Source: the human T2T-CHM13v2.0 reference genome, Homo sapiens. From it: 64,000 bases of DNA. A model generated the notes under the pieces. It made no database searches, was not told where the DNA came from, and worked only from the letters and a program-made list of their open reading frames with translations. The position numbers were made by a program, and so were the translations under genes. Numbering within the stretch: the stretch's first letter is position 1; each line of letters opens with the position of its first letter. Positions 27,769 to 40,127 of this stretch are shown here, one piece after another. Where the stretch lies: assembly GCF_009914755.1 (NCBI RefSeq), contig NC_060925.1; one strand, given 5' to 3'.

Positions 27769-30700
27769 CACGACAACTATCAGTTACAACATGTACTTTA
27801 AAAATTATACACAGAATAATATCAAATTGTAGGGCATTTTATAATAGGAATAAAAAAAGAAAAAAGAAATTTTAACAAACATATATAACCACTTACGTTA
27901 CATGTTCTTCTGATTTATTGTAAACTACCTTATATGGTTATAAATGTGTTTCCCTAGACCTTTTGGATTACACCACAATTGACTTTTGTTAGTTAACTCA
28001 CCACAGAGCATAGCTTATACAAATAATTATCTTAATATAGTTCTTGAACACAGAGCAGCATATTCATATTAAATAGAATAGATAGGTATATTAGGAATAA
28101 AGGCGTCTCGTCTGCCTTAGGTAAAAATCTTGCATTCCAGGCGCTTTCTTTCTCTAGCAAGCGAGCCACTGAAATCCTGTTCATTTCCATTTAAAGCTTA
28201 AAAGCTAGTGAAACCTCTAAAATAATTTACTGAGCAAAAATTTGCCAAATATTATTGCTATAAAAATGATCGACCAAACAACTAAGTCACCAAATGAATT
28301 TTATTATTTCTTTTTAGTTGGTCATTTCAATTTTGTCTTATAACAATGTTTTAATGAATTCAATATGTCTCCTCCCAAGTTCTTTAAGTGTTTCTAATAT
28401 ATTTATTTAACATATTGATGAAGGTAGTTGAAAACTAGTTATTTAATTTTTTTCTCTGTATTCACAGTAAAGTTTCACTTTGCCCTACTAAGTTTAGAAA
28501 AGCAAAATGATCATTTGTTTTACATCTCTTTTCAGTGAAAGATGTGTATGAGACACACTTCCATTCAATGGGAGGTAGAAATAAATCAATAAATGGAGGC
28601 TTCTAATTTTTTTTAAATAGACACACTAAACTGAATTCTCTTTTTAGGTGTGTCTATGTTGCTTCTTTACCCACCACCATTTTATTCTAACTGAATGCAG
28701 ACAACCTACCTGAGTGTACAATAGTCATCTTGCAAAGATGAAAATAAAAGCCTCTTGATAATAGTGGCACAGCAGAAATTAGAAGGATCTAGATTTCTAA
28801 TCACATTGTCAGCCACGACTTCAGTGGTAGTATATAACAAAAAGTCACCTCTTTATCTGTTTAAGGCATTATTATCTTAAATTATTTAACTGTAAAGAAT
28901 ATATGCTTTTCTGTTGTTTTTCCCTTTACCATTTTCTGATCTTTCTCTTTCACAAATAATATTGACATACTTCCACATAATTTATTAATATTACACTATT
29001 CATTGTTTCATGAGATTTGAAATTCTTCCATACTTTTCTGTCTGTTAAGTTAGCCTATTTCTTACATTATTTATCATTCTATTTCTTTATAAAGTTACTT
29101 ATCCCTGGATTGTATATATTAGTACAGAATAAATTATAGGTTTTCTGATTAGAGTAATTATTGGGCTATTTTCAATGGTAGAATAACTATTATTTGCCTT
29201 ATCTGCAAGTATTTTATTTCACTTTAATTATCTCAATTTATACATATTTTATCTCTTATTTAAATATATACATGTTATTAAATTTGAAATATTTATATAT
29301 TTAAATTTTCTAATAAACATATTCCTTTTATTTTTATTACATTTCATTGTCATTTCTTAAAATCATTTTCACTCTAGTTTCAAAGTAATAATTTATTAAT
29401 CTAACTTTACCTGTCATTTTAAAAATGTCATTACATGTACATACTTTTTTATAAGACCATATTAAAATCAGGCCAGAAGTCAATAAGTTCTACGAGTAGA
29501 AATGTCTTCAGTAACTCCTCTTACGGTCCACAATTTTTCTATGTAGGCAATTTTAAAGTCACCTATAAACTCTGCTAATGAATTTGGAGTGTATCCTATA
29601 GCTATAAGAAACTAACCAAAGTTAGTTTTTCATCTGAAAAATTATATGTTTCAGTATTCTAAAACACACTTTTCCAGGATTCTCTAGGGTGTTCAATTTA
29701 TGAGTTATTTATATATTTTAAACACTACATTTTCCCAATAACACTGGTAATATATGGTATTTGGACTAAATGATTTTGAAATGCAGATAACAGACTCACT
29801 GGTCATAATGAAAAGCTATAGGAACTATCATATCATCCCTGCCACATGCTCAAATTGTCTCAGCCTAAGTTATATAGACTTAATGTTTGCATACGTGAGG
29901 AATATTCCCTATACTTATCTCTTATACTAGAATTGTCATCCAGATAATAATTATCAATCCAAAATCATTTGAAGATCAAAATAACTGAATGGGTTCCCTA
30001 GCTGTGTTGGTGGTATATCCACCTACCTTTTATTTTGATATTGTGGCTCCCATGTGATAGTTTTTTCATATGTTGTGCATAAGTACCATTGAGCCTATTT
30101 GACGTCCTTTTCTTCCTCTTGAAAAAGGGTTACTCTAAGCTGACAAGAGGGCTGTTTATCACTACATAGTTTGGAGAAATCCTTTTTAAGTTTTTCTGCT
30201 GGAAACTACTCAGTTTAATCAGGATTCTCATGAACTCTGGAAATTATATTATGTTTACTACATTTACTGCATATCTTTTTGTTTCATCCTGCGATTCCTG
30301 CAATTTCATAAAAACAAACTATTCCCTTTTGATGATATTCATAGGTATTATTTTACCCAGTCCCAACTCCCAAATGACATAATATTTACTTTATATTGTC
30401 TTCCAAGAAAGCAATTTTGAGCAGAATTTAATTTGAGAGTTTTCTTCACGATTACCTCAAATTGTCAGAGACATTTTAGGTTAACAATGCATTTCAAAAC
30501 TTCATAAATTATAATACATACTGTGATGAACCACTGAAACATCAGAAGAAAAAAAATCACACTTAAACATTTTAATCCCCAAACTACAGTATTACAAACT
30601 CGAGTATATCCATTAATCAAACATTTTGATATTTTTATAATTCAGTTTTAACATAAAGGTGATCAGTCATTTTCAGATCTAATAACATATATTAAAAGGT

Positions 30701-31031
30701 AGAAAGCATATTTAAAACAAAACATAATTTTTATACTTAAGTGGTTAATACCTTATTAGTATTTATTTTTAAGAATAAATGCATAAACAGAAGTGTTTCT
30801 CTTAATGCAGATATAGATAAAATCAGCAGTGAGTTATACTAGCTTTTCTCTTATGGAAGGAGTTTAGCTATGCAACACTGCAATGAATGCTTTGGAATTA
30901 ATATTCATATATCTATTGAAAGTTTGCTTCTGTTCTTACAGATTAAAGATGTCTTGCTATCTGCAGACTTAAATCATGTCTTTTATAAAGTATGAAAATA
31001 AACATGGACATAGAGAAATGCAGTTATGCAT

Positions 31032-31640
31032 TGTGATGGTTAATACTGAGTGTCAACTTGATTGGATTGAAGGATGCAAAGTATTGATCCTGGGTGTGTC
31101 CGTGAGGTTGTTGCCAAAGAAGATTAGCATTTGAGTCAGTAGGTTAGGAAAGGCAGACCCACCTTTAATCTGGGTGAGCACCATCTAATCAGCTGCCAGC
31201 ATGGCTAGAATATAAAGCAGGCAGAGAAAAATGTGTAAAGACTAGACGGGTCTATCTTCCCAGCCTACATCTTTCTCCTGTGCTGGAAGCTTCCTGCCCT
31301 CGAACACTGAACTCCAAATTCTTTAGTTTTGGGACTCGGACTGGCTCTCTTTGCTCCTCAGCTTGCAGAGGGCCTATTGTGGGACCTTATGATTGTGTGA
31401 GTTAATACTTAATAAAATCCTCTTTTTATATATGTATATATACGCACATATGTATACACACATATATACACACATATACACACATATATATACACATATA
31501 TATACACATATATATACACACATATATATACCCATATATACACACATATATATATACACATATATATACACACACACACACACAATTAGTATATATATAT
31601 CCTACTTGTTCAGTCCCTCTAGAGAACCCTGACTAATACA
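31032..31640 (+). mobile_element. 5' LTR, MLT2A1-type
   Basis: tgtgatggttaatactgagtgtcaacttgattggattg...gagaaccctgactaataca. TATAAA at 31211-31216, AATAAA at 31411-31416. Confidence 0.95.
31427..31600. repeat. Expanded (TATATACACA)n-type microsatellite inside the 5' LTR
   Basis: 10-12-bp units. The equivalent site in the 3' LTR is only catatatatg. Confidence 0.95.
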
Positions 31641-31645
31641 GATTT

Positions 31646-31663
31646 TGGTATCAAGAGTGGTTG
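31646..31663 (+). promoter_or_regulatory. Degenerate primer-binding site (tRNA-Leu)
   Basis: tggtatcaagagtgg, just 3' of the LTR, versus TGGTACCAGGAGTGG expected for HERV-L. Confidence 0.75.
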
Positions 31664-31684
31664 TAGAGGAACAGAATATTAAGG

Positions 31685-33500
31685 ATGGAGTTTTTTCATT
31701 AGTTTGGTGGTTTCTGAGATTGGCTGCTTAATATGATTAGACCAAAAAATGTTAAAACTCAACTTCTGATAGTATGGAGGAAGCTGATAGTCCTTGGCAT
31801 AAACTATTTAGAGAATTATGCAAAATAAATGCATTTGACACTCCTGATTCACCGCTCGTGAGAAGCAAGGAGTTTAGTTACCCTATACATAAGATCTTTG
31901 ACCATATGTGGAGAACCAAGGAACATAATGAAGCTGGTTGATTGCTCCTAAGTTCAGAGGATAAAGTGATGAAAGAAAATTACGAACTCAGGGCTTCTAT
32001 CTCTTGGCTTCAGAAACAGATATTGAGCCTCAAATCTGCTAAGATTACCCTGAGTGAGAGTCTTATTTCCTCTAGAAAAATAGCTGAAATTGTGGAAGAA
32101 CAGACACAAGCTCTTATCATGTGAGTGGTTGACCTGCAACAAAAGGTAAATGCACAGTCTCACCAGGTGTCTACTGTTAAGGAGAGGGCATTAATTGGAA
32201 AAGAATGGGACCTTGCAGCTTGGAATGGGGATGTGTGGGAGGACCATGATGCATCTGAGGACACTGAGTTTGTAAACTCTGATAATTTTTTATTTTTTAT
32301 TTTTTATTTATTTATTTATTTTGCCAGAAGGAACAGCTTCACCATCCCCAGTAGAGGTAACATCCCCAATCTGACCCATGCTGCCATCAGCCTCTCCATC
32401 TTTGTGTGAGGATATAAACTCTGTGCTACCCGAGGCAACATTGATGGCCTCCCCAGAGGCAGTTGCCAGGCAAGATAATGTTGATTTTTTTCAGGAGTAA
32501 TCCCCAACATCTCTGTTTGCTTCTAGACCTGTAACTAGACTAAATTCCTAATGGGCCCCTAAAGGTGAGGTTGAGAGTGTGACCTATGAGAAGCTGTTCT
32601 ACACCAGAAAATAACTGCTTGAGTTTTCCAATTGATATGAACAGAAATCTGTAGAACTGGCATGGGAATGAATATTAGGGGTGTGGGATAATTGTGGAAG
32701 AAACACGCGGTTGAATAAGGCTGAATTTATTGATTTTGGTCCACTAAGTAGGGACTCTGCATTTAATGTTGTAGCTCAGGGAATTAAAAAGGGTTCTAGT
32801 AGTTTATTTGATTGGTTAGCTAAAATATGGCCCACTGTTTGTGAGCTGGAAATGCGTGATCCCACTTGGTTTAATGTAGAGGAAGGGATCCAAAGGCTTA
32901 GGGAGATTGGGAAGGTGGAATTGATTAGTCACTTTAGACCTACTCTTCTCAGCTTGGAGGGTACAGAAGATATACCCTTGACCAATGCCTTGTGAAATAA
33001 ATTTGTGAGGGCAGCACCTGCATCTTTGAAGAGCCCTGTAATTGCCCTTCTATGTATGTCAGATCTAACAGTGGGAACCACAGTCACACAACTACAAAAT
33101 GTAAATACAATGGGAATAATTGGATCCTGAGGTGGCAGTAGTCAAGTGGCAGCACTCAGCCATCAAAAACAAGGTGAGTGTAGCTACCAAAATGGACAAC
33201 AGAGACAAAGCAGCAATCAGAATACTCTGGCTCATGTAGAGCTCTGGCATTGGCTAATTAATCACAATGTTCCTAGAAGTAAAATTGATAGAAAGCCTAC
33301 TGCATTACTACTTAATTTGTATAAACAGAAAACTTCTAGGTCTAATGGATAAAATACTAATTCGAACTATAAAAACAGAGAATAACAGCCACTCAATCAA
33401 TTTCCAGACTTGAGCCAATTTACAGACAGAACCTCTTGAACGAAGGTGAGGCAAGGTCCCCCCAAGGAAGGACCCCACTATACTACTGATAATTTATGCT
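31685..33500 (+). pseudogene. gag: HERV-L gag remnant with multiple stops and frameshifts
   Basis: Fragments LIGKEWDLAAWNGDVWED, AEFIDFGPLSRDSAFNV, EEGIQRLREIG and LWHWLINHNVPRSKID. Confidence 0.88.
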
Positions 33501-36480
33501 GTTAATCTTTCTCCCATCCTTCCCCAAGGAGACCTATGGGCTTTTACCAGAGTAACTGTGCATTGGGGAAGGGGAAATGATTACACATTTTGGGGACTAG
33601 TGGACAGAGGCTCTGAGGTGACACTGATTTCAGGGGACCCAAAATGTCGTTGTGGTCCTCAAGTTAAAGTTGGAGCTTATGGAGGTCAGGTAATTAGTGA
33701 AGTTATAGCTCAGGTCTGACTTACATTGGATCTGGTCGATCCCTGGACTCATCTTGTGGTCAATTCCCCAGTGTCAGAATGCATAGTTGGCATAGGCATA
33801 CTTAGCAGCTGGCAGAACTCTCACATTGGCTCCCCAACGGGTAGGGTGAGGGCAGTTGTGGTGGGAAAGGCCAAATGGAAGTGATTAGAGCTGCCTCCAC
33901 TTAGAAAAATAGTAAATCAAAAACAACATTGCATCAGTGGAGGAATTGCAAAGATTAGTGCCACTGTTGAGGACTTGAAAGACACAGGGGTGGTGATTCC
34001 TACCACATCCTCATTCAACTCTTCCATTTGGCCTGTGCAGAAGACAGATGGATATTGGAGAATGACAGTGAATCATGGTAAGCTTACCCAAGTGGTGACT
34101 CTAATTGCAGTTGCTGTACCAGACGTGGTTTCAGTGCTTGAGTAAATTAACACATCTCCTGATACCTGCTATACAGCCATTGACTTGGCAAATGCCTTTT
34201 TCTCCATTCCCGTTCATAAGGCCCACCAGAAGCAATTTGCCTTCAGCTGGCAAGGCCAGCAATATATGTCTACTGTCCTATCTCAGGGTATATCAACTCT
34301 CCAGCTTGGTGCCATAATCTGACTCAGAGAGACCTTGATCGTTTTTTGCTTCCACAAGGTATACATTAATGATATTATGCTTATTGGACTCAGTGAGTAA
34401 GAAGCAGCAAACACACTGGACTTATTGGGGAGACATTTGTGTGCCAGAGGGTGGGAAATAAATCTGACTAAAATGCATGGACCTTCTACCTCAGTAAAAT
34501 TTCTAGGGATCCAGTGGTGTGAGGCCTGTTGAGATATTCCCTCTGAGGTGAAGGACAAGTTGCTGCATATGGCCCCTCCTACAACCAAGAAAGAGGCACA
34601 ATGCCTCATGGGCCTATTTGGATTCTGGGGACAACACATTCCTCATTTGATTGTGTTACTCCAGTCTATTTATCCAGTGACCTGAAAGGTTGCCTGTTTT
34701 GAGTGGGGTCCAGAACAGGAGAAAGCTCTGCAACAGGTCCAGGCTGCTGTGCAAGCTGCTCTGCAACTTGGGCCATATAACCCAGCAGATCCAATGGTGC
34801 TTGAAGTATCAGTGGCAGATAGGGATGCTGTTTGGAGCCTTTGGAAGGCTCCCAAAGGTTAATCATAGCAGAGGCCTCTAGGAATTTGGAGCAAGTCCCT
34901 TCCATCTTCAGCAAATGACTACTGTCCTTTTGAGAGACATCTCTTTGCCTGTTACTGGGCTTTGGTGGAAACACAATGTTTGACTACGGGTCATCAAGTC
35001 GACATGAGACCTGAATTGCCTTTCATGAACTGAGTGCTTCCTGACCCATCTAGCCATAAACCGGGTCATGCACAGCAGCATTCCATCATCAAATGGAAAT
35101 GGTGTGTACGTGATCAGGCTCAAGTGGGTCCTGAAGGCACAAGTAAGTTACATGAGGATGTGGCTCAAATGCCCATGGTCTCCACTCCTGCCACTGCCTG
35201 CCTTCTCTCCCCCAGCCTGCACCAATGGCCTCTTCAGGAGTCCCCTATGATCAGTTGACAGAGGAAGAGAAGATTAGGGCTTGGTTCACAGATAGATCAG
35301 CATGATATGCAGGCACCACCTGAAAGTTGTCAGCTGCAGCACTAGAGCCCTTTCTAGCACATCCCTGAAGGAGAGCAGTAAAGGGAAATCATCCTAGTGG
35401 GTAGAACTTCAAGCAGTGCACCTGGTTGTGCCCTTTGCATGGAAGGAGAAATGGCCAGATGTGTGATTATATACTGATTCATGGGCTCTAGCCAATGGTT
35501 GGTATAGATGATCCAGGACTTGGCAGAAGCATGATTGGAAAATTGATGACAAAGAAATCTAGGGAAAAGGTTTGTGGGTGGACCTCTCTGAGTGGTCAAA
35601 AACTGTGAGGTATTTGTACCCATGTGACTGTTCACCAACGGCAACCTCAGCAGAGGAGGATTTTAATAATCAAGTGGATAGGATACCCTGTTCTGTGGAC
35701 ACTACTCAGCCTCTTTCCCCAGCCACCCCTGTCATCACCCCATGGGCCCATGAACAAAGTGGCCATGGTGGCAGGGATGGAGGTTACCCATGGGCTTAGC
35801 AACATGGACTTCCACTTACCACGGCTGACCTGGCTATGGCCACTGCTGAGTACTCGATTTGCCAGCAGCAGAAACCAACATTGAGGACTCAATATGGCAC
35901 CTTTCCTGTGGGTGATCAGCCAGCTACCTGGTGACGTTAATTAAATTGGACCTCTTCCATCATGAAAAGGGCAAAGGTTTGTCCTCACTGGAATAGACAC
36001 TTACTAAGATATGGGTTTGCCTATCCTGGATGCAATGCTTCTGCCAAGACTACCATCTTTGGACTCATGGTTTATCCACCATCATGGTATTCCACACAGC
36101 ATTGCCTCTGACCAAGGCACTCACTTTACAGCTAAAGAAGTGTGGCAGTGGCCTCATGATCATGGAATTCACTGCTCTTACCATGTTCCCTATCATCCTG
36201 AAGCAACTGGATTGATATAATGGTGGAATGGCCTTTTGAAGTCACAATGACAATGCCAACTAGGTGGCAATACTATGCAGGGCTGGGGCAAAGTTCTCCA
36301 GAAGGCCATGTATGCTCTGACTCAGTATCCAATATATGGTACTGTTTCTCCCGTAGCTAAGATTCAAAGGTCCAGGAATCAAGGGGTGGAAGTGGAAGTG
36401 GCACCACTCACCACTATCCCTAGTGATCCAGTACCAAAATTTTTGGCTTCTGTTCCCACAATATTACATCCTGCTAGCTA
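33500..36480 (+). pseudogene. pol: HERV-L pro-pol remnant (protease, RT, RNase H, integrase)
   Basis: Protease GLVDRGSE (~33595). RT WRMTV, IDLANAFFSIP and YIND for YIDD (34362-34373). RNase H WFTD (~35282). Integrase HGIPHSIASDQGTHFT (~36085). Confidence 0.92.
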
Positions 36481-36760
36481 GAGGTCTTACTTCCAGAGGA
36501 TGGGATGTTGCTACCAGGAGGCACAATGATTCTATTAAGCTGGAGGTTAAGATTGCCATCTGGACACTTTGGGCTCCTCCTACCTTTAAGTCAACAGGCT
36601 AGGGAGAGAGTTACAGTGTTGGCTGTGGGGATTGACCTGGACTATCAAGATGAAATCAGTCTACTACTTCACATCAGAGGCAAAGAAGACTATGCGTGGA
36701 ATACAGGACATCCATTAGGATGTCTCTTATTATTACCATGCCTTGTGATTAGGTCAATGG
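36481..36760 (+). pseudogene. dut: HERV-L dUTPase remnant downstream of integrase
   Basis: LRLPSGHFGLLLP...VLAVGIDLDYQDEISLLLH is a degenerate dUTPase motif 3 (GVIDxDYxGEI). The position after integrase is typical of ERV-L. Confidence 0.85.
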
Positions 36761-37291
36761 AATACTATAACAGCACAATCCAGGCAGGATTACAGATAGC
36801 CCAGACCCCTCAGGAATGAAGGTTTGGGTCAGTTCAACAAGAAAAAAAAATCACGACCTGCTGAGGTGCTTGCTGAAGGCAAACGTAATACAGAATGTGT
36901 AGTAGAAGGAAGTGGTCATCAATACTAGCTATGACCACGTGACCAGCTGCAGAAAGGAGGACTGTAATACTGTAATTGTCATAAGTATTTCTTTCTTCTT
37001 TTGTTAAAACAAAAGAAGAAAGTTTGCGCATGCATACACTTGTACTAAAAAAGTCCTCATTTTATTTCATTTTCCTTTATCTTGTGCCATAAGATTTATT
37101 GACTTCATATCAGCATTTAAGTATTGTTAACTTTTGTAATAGTATTTGGTTTGGGGATTGATATGTTTCCGGTTGTATAAAGCATAATTGTATTATGTTA
37201 GGTGTAATTATGACCTTACTATTGTCTTTATCTGAAGATTTTGTATGATCTCAGGAGCTGTGTATGGGTTCAAGTTGACAAGAAGCGGACT

Positions 37292-37726
37292 TGTGACGGT
37301 TAATACTAAGTGTCAAATTTATTGGATTGAAGGATGCAAAGTATTGATCCTGCATGTGTCTGTGAGGGTGTTGCCATAGGAGATTAAACATTTGAGTCAG
37401 TGGGCTGGGAAAGGCAGACCCACCCTTAATCTGGGTGGGTACCATCTAATCAGCTGCCAGCATGGCTAGAATATAAAGCAGGCTGAAAACAGGTGAAAAG
37501 GCTAGACTAGTCTAGCTTCCCAGCCTACATCTTTCTCCTGTGCTGGATGCTTCCTGTCCTCAAACATTGAACTCCAAGTTCTTCAGTTTTGGGATTTGGA
37601 CTGGCTCTTCTTGCTCCTCATGTTGCAGATGGCCTATTTTGGGACCTTGTGACTGTGTGAATTAATACTTAATAACTCCCCCCATATATATGCTATAGTT
37701 CTGTCCCTCTAGAGAAACCTAATACA
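37292..37726 (+). mobile_element. 3' LTR, MLT2A1-type
   Basis: tgtgacggttaatac...gagaaacctaataca, preceded by a decayed PPT (gacaagaagcggac). About 89% identical to the 5' LTR outside the microsatellite (manual count). Confidence 0.95.
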
Positions 37727-37844
37727 TGCATCATAATTTTCATTTTGATAAGACAACACTTTTTATTTAGAATGAAATTTCTTCCATATTGCTTGAGTTC
37801 TGTAAATGATCATTGTGGATATCAAACACTGTCCTCTAAAAATA

Positions 37845-40127
37845 CCATAAGATCTTCTACCAGACAAAAATTTCCACTCTGCACATTTCTTTTCAACATA
37901 GTACTGGAAGTCCTAGCCAATTCAATTATATAAGAAAAATGAGTAAAAGGCATCTAAATAAGAAAAGAAAAAGTAATATTACCTCTGTTTGCAGATGACA
38001 TGATAATATACATAGAAAACCCTAAAGACTCAACAATGAAGCTATTGGGACTAATGAGCAAATTCAGCGATGTTGAAGAATATGAAATCAACATAAAAAT
38101 TATTTGCATTACTATACACAAATAACAAACTAACTGAAAAGAAAATGATGAACAATCATACTCATGATAACAACAAAGACAATAAAAATTATTAGGTTAA
38201 AGTTAATCAAGAAGGGAAAAGACTTGAAAACTGAAAATTATGAAATATTGCTGAAGAAAAATAAAAAAAGGCAAAGACAAATGGAAATACAGCCCTATAT
38301 AATGGATTGAAAAAATTCATATTGTTAAAATATCCATACTATCTAAAATGATGTATAAACTCTGTGCAATCTTGTTAAGATCCCATTGAATTATTTATAG
38401 AAATAGGAAAAAAATAACAACACTAATATTTATATGTAACCACAAAAGTATACTATTGCCAAAGAGATCCTGAGCAAGAACACAGCTGAAGGCATTACTC
38501 TTCCCTTTGTGTGAATATACTACTAAGTGAAAATAATCAAAACAGCATGGTACTAGAATAGAAACAGACATATAGACCAATGGAACAGAATAGAGAACCC
38601 AGAAATAAATCCACATATTTGTATATAACTGATCTTCAACAAGGGTTTTAAGAACACACAATGGGTGAAAGATAGTCTTCTCAATAAATAGTACTGGGAA
38701 AACTGGATATTTACATGCAGATGAATGAAACTGGATCATTATCTTACACCACATACAAAAATCAATTCAAAATGGACTAAAGACATAAATATTTGACCTG
38801 ATACATAAAACTACTCAAGAAGACATAAGAAAAACATGTATGACATTGTCCTGGGTAATGATTTTTATATATATATAATCCCAAAGCCACAGATAACAAA
38901 ACCCAAAATAGAAAGTAGTATTACATCAGTCTATAATGAAAAGCTTCCACACAGTAAAATAAACATTCAACAGAATGAGTAGACAGTCTATGGAACTGGA
39001 GAAAGTATTTTCAAATTATATATCTGATAAGAGGATAATATACAAATATATGAAATATCCGTATATTTTTGTTACAAGAAACTAAAAACTCAATGGGAAA
39101 AACAGGCAAAGTCCTTGAATAGACATTTTCCCAAAGAAGTTATAAAAAGTTCCCAACAACATTAAGCATCAGACAAATGCAAATCAAAACCACAATGAAA
39201 TATCACCTCACACCTGTTAGCATGACTATGCTCAAATAAACAAAAGTTAATACGTGTTGGTGAGGGCACGCAGAAAAGGTTGCCCTTGCATACTGTTCTT
39301 AGGAATGTAAATTGATATAGTCCTTCTTTAAAAAATGGAGGTTCCTCATACAATTAAAACAGAGCTACCATATGATCCAGCAGTCCCACGTCAGAGCATA
39401 ATCCAAAGAAAATGAAGTCAGTATGTTGAAGTTGTCTGCACTTCCATGTTCATTGCTGCATTATTTGCAATAGCTGAGATGTGGAAACAACCTGAGTGTC
39501 CATCAACAGATTAATAAAGAAAATTTGTTGTATATATACAGAAAAATGATGGAGTTTTTTTCAGCTTTAAAAAAGAAGAAACTCTTGCCATTTGGAGCAC
39601 ATGCTAACTGAATTATAAGCCAGACACGGAGAGACAAACACTGCATGATCTGACTTACATGGAATGTAAAATAGTCAAACTCATAGAACCAGATAGTAAA
39701 ACAGAGATTGCCAAACTATGACTTATATAGAATGTAAGATAGTCAGACTCATAGAAGCAGAGATTAAAATGGAGATTGCCAAACTAGAGGGTGGGGGTGG
39801 GAAATAGAGAGATGTTGGTCAAGGGGTACAAGGCATCAATTACACAAGATGAGTACATTCTTGAGCTTTAATGTACAGCAGGTTGATGATAGTAAACAAA
39901 AATGTATTGTTTACCTGAAATTTTAAGAGGGTGCATATGAAGCGTTCTCACAAAAAATAACAAAAAAAAAAATGGTAACTATGTGAGGTGATAGGTATGC
40001 CAATTATTTTGTTTTCAGTCATTATTTCACAAAATTATATATATATATGTCAAAATATCAGAAAGCACCGCCTCAAATATATATACTTTTTTGTCAATAA
40101 TATCAAAATAAAACCAGGAAAAAAAGA
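37845..40127 (+). mobile_element. L1MA (L1MA8/9-like), 5'-truncated
   Basis: RT motif tttgcagatgacatgat (FADD) at ~37989, decayed ORF2, and 3' UTR atggtaactatgtgaggtgat ending in an A-rich tail. Confidence 0.9.
39651..39786. repeat. 68-bp tandem duplication within the L1MA 3' UTR
   Basis: tgacttacat...gagattgccaaacta twice, about 9 mismatches. Confidence 0.9.

Larger units (their letters stand above)
31032..37726 (+). mobile_element. Full-length HERV-L provirus (class III ERV), coding-defective
   Basis: Two homologous TG...CA LTRs and a 5-bp TSD TGCAT at 31027-31031 and 37727-37731. PBS, gag, pro-pol and dUTPase remnants are in canonical order. No env. Confidence 0.97.

Noticed and set aside
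36505-36819. 104-aa dUTPase ORF as a possibly domesticated gene
   Set aside because: It has a non-ATG start, an upstream stop, a degenerate motif 3 and an unrecognisable C-terminal part. Decay matches the rest of the provirus.
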